From Stegostoma tigrinum (Eukaryota), in contig NC_081382.1 of NCBI RefSeq assembly GCF_030684315.1, positions 33,862,620 through 33,926,619 on the forward strand: 64,000 nucleotides of DNA, written 5' to 3'. Of the stretch, positions 61,743 to 64,000 are shown piece by piece (position 1 is the stretch's first letter; each line of letters opens with the position of its first letter). The notes beneath the pieces are model-generated. The model ran no database searches. It saw only the letters and a program-made list of their open reading frames with translations, and had not been told where the DNA came from. The position numbers and the translations under genes were made by a program.

Positions 61743-64000
61743 CATGGTACAACAGGAAATTGCCCAGTTGTTATATGGAGACACGCTTACTTCCTGTAGC
61801 ACTTCTCAGAATTTACTTGTTCCAGAGTCCTAACTCACTGGAGGATCTACTAGATATCAGTGCTATATCCAGTGTGTCACATTACAACTATGTGCATGCA
61901 AGTATGTTGCATTTAAGATGACTAAAGGCTGAAATGTACAAATCCCCATAACAAGTGAAAATATCTTAATTGATGCATTAACTATAATGTCAACAACCCA
62001 GTATTGACCTTAACAACCACACACTAATTCCAATTGTATCGGTCTCAAGCATGCTCTTAGGGGTAGTACATTCCAGATCATTTTAAAAGTAAGGCAGGGT
62101 CCTGAACTATAACTGGAGCAGCAAATAAAACTGTTGTCTTCACTACCTTTTCCTATGATACATGAGTATACCTGTGCTATTGAAGTTTTTGTTTTGACAG
62201 GGTCAAAATGTACCCTTTGTATACCCATAATAACGGCTGGTATAACGAATTTAATTTGACATCAAATCAAAACATTAACACCTTCAAGCCTGGGTCACAA
62301 AAAAAGTACTGATCAGCCAAATGAATGGATGGCATGAACAATCCCGTTTATAGTGAAGCATACAGTCAATCAATGCAGATGGCTGTGAAATTATACAATA
62401 AGACAATCACCTAGTCTGCAAATCTCACAGAAGTGAACTTATGCACCATCCATACGTCAACACACCAGTGGCAACCTATTTTACATCAAGAATTTTCATT
62501 GATAGTGATCTGTATTGCTGACAATGACCTATTTCAACTCTCTTTGTATAGAGAAGAGAACAAGGAATTTTTTCCCATGAATATAACATGTTTCTTAAGA
62601 CAAGTATCATAAATAATACTGTACTAACAGTATATAATTTACTAAACTTGAACATAGAAAGACACTATGACTCAATTCTATCTTAAAGGAGTAGAATGAG
62701 CTCATTTGTTAGTGCACAACTTGCAGCTGCTCTGCTTAAACTTCAGTTTTACATAAAAACAATTCAATTTCAACATTGTTTTCTTCCATCAAAAAGCATC
62801 TGCAAAGAAAAATCAATTTCACAGCAATACATTAAGACAAAGTGGACAAGCAACATCAAAGTATCTTCGGGACAATGCAGGAATTCTTTCAATTAAGAGA
62901 TGTAACTGATCAAGATACATAACTTTAGAATTGGCACTCAAAACAGAGTTACTAACCACAATCACCGATCAATCAAATTCTCTTTTGTGACAAAATAACA
63001 TATTTCAAAACCATGTTAATTACAGCAGTTTATTCACTTCTCTTTCAAACACTGAATTTTGGATAAAGTTGAGACAGTTGCCTCAGAATTATGTCATAAG
63101 GGTCTAGGACCAGCATTTTGTTGTGCACATAACAGAAAAGATGATGTCAGAAAGGTAACTAGATTTGTTTTCCATCGTGGAATTGCTCCCTACTGAAATT
63201 TTTTGTTACACTTAATACTTTGTCATCTATGATGCCAAAATTACAGCTCTTACTTTACAAAAAAAGCATTGAACACAGAGTTCATCAAATATTTCAGTCA
63301 CGTAGCCCAGCAAAACAAAGAAGAAATGTTAGTTGTGCAACTGGTATTGAAATGAGATTCAGAGTCAGTCAAAATCCATGCAGCTCTCGTCTCCGAGATC
63401 ATGGATTCTTACCAAAACTTAACTATAAGTTTACGACTGCACTTCTTTGATTACCTTCCTCTGTTACTTCAGTTGAAAGAGCTTGTATTCAAAATAATCT
63501 GGTGGTTTATTTTCAATGTTGGCATGGTTAGTATCAAAGTGGAGTTTAAGGTTGATTTCATACCACCTTGAGCAAGAAAATAGCATACCATGGTTGACAA
63601 TTTTTTTGGCAGATCAGGAAGCATGTATTCCAAGTCTAAGCAGACAAGACTATTTTCCATATCTTTCTTTTGCCTGCCTCCAATAGCCTCTACATGGAAT
63701 TCCTTATCCTCAACTTTTAGCTTCAACTAAGTGTGTGGCATTCTTTCACAAATATGAAACACCAAAAGTCATAGCCACATTAGTCATACTGCATGTTGCA
63801 AAGTAACATCACGTACAATACCAATAGTAAGTCCTGTGAGTAGTACAAAAGTCAAAACAATACATAAAAAGTGTATCAGTAGAAGCTCAGATTGGTCCAT
63901 TTTCTACTTCTAGAAACCACCAGAATTTCAGACATTTCATGCTGTTACCAGGTCACTCTATGTCAATCTGTTAAACTTAAGCTTGCTCAATGCCTTTAAA

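Overview
Vertebrate, repeat-rich genomic DNA. The repeat families (CR1-type LINEs with short-unit microsatellite tails, HE1/V-SINE-like tRNA SINEs, abundant Penelope-like elements) point to a cartilaginous fish, which is an inference. All host genes are on the minus strand. In transcription order they are: (1) a clear LRRC8A (SWELL1, obligatory VRAC subunit) with coding exons 52229-54373 and 49744-50019; (2) two intact, single-coding-exon, divergent LRRC8 paralogues (30710-33199, 829 aa; 20911-23325, 804 aa) carrying LRRC8D-type signatures; (3) the first three coding exons of PHYHD1 (14773-14799, 7592-7750, 1-75), which the ORF track misses. In human, LRRC8A is directly followed by PHYHD1, so the two extra D-like channel genes between them are the main candidate for an undescribed system: a lineage-specific VRAC subunit cluster with unusual pore residues. 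The second notable system is a large family of Penelope-derived repeats carrying a minimal hammerhead-ribozyme motif. It includes short fold-back (palindromic) insertions with 11-15 bp target-site duplications. The window also holds a decayed Gypsy LTR element with both LTRs and a TSD, two local inverted duplications, and a sharp GC/CpG-rich block inside one LRRC8 paralogue. Repeat boundaries are approximate, and homology calls come from remembered reference sequences rather than database searches.
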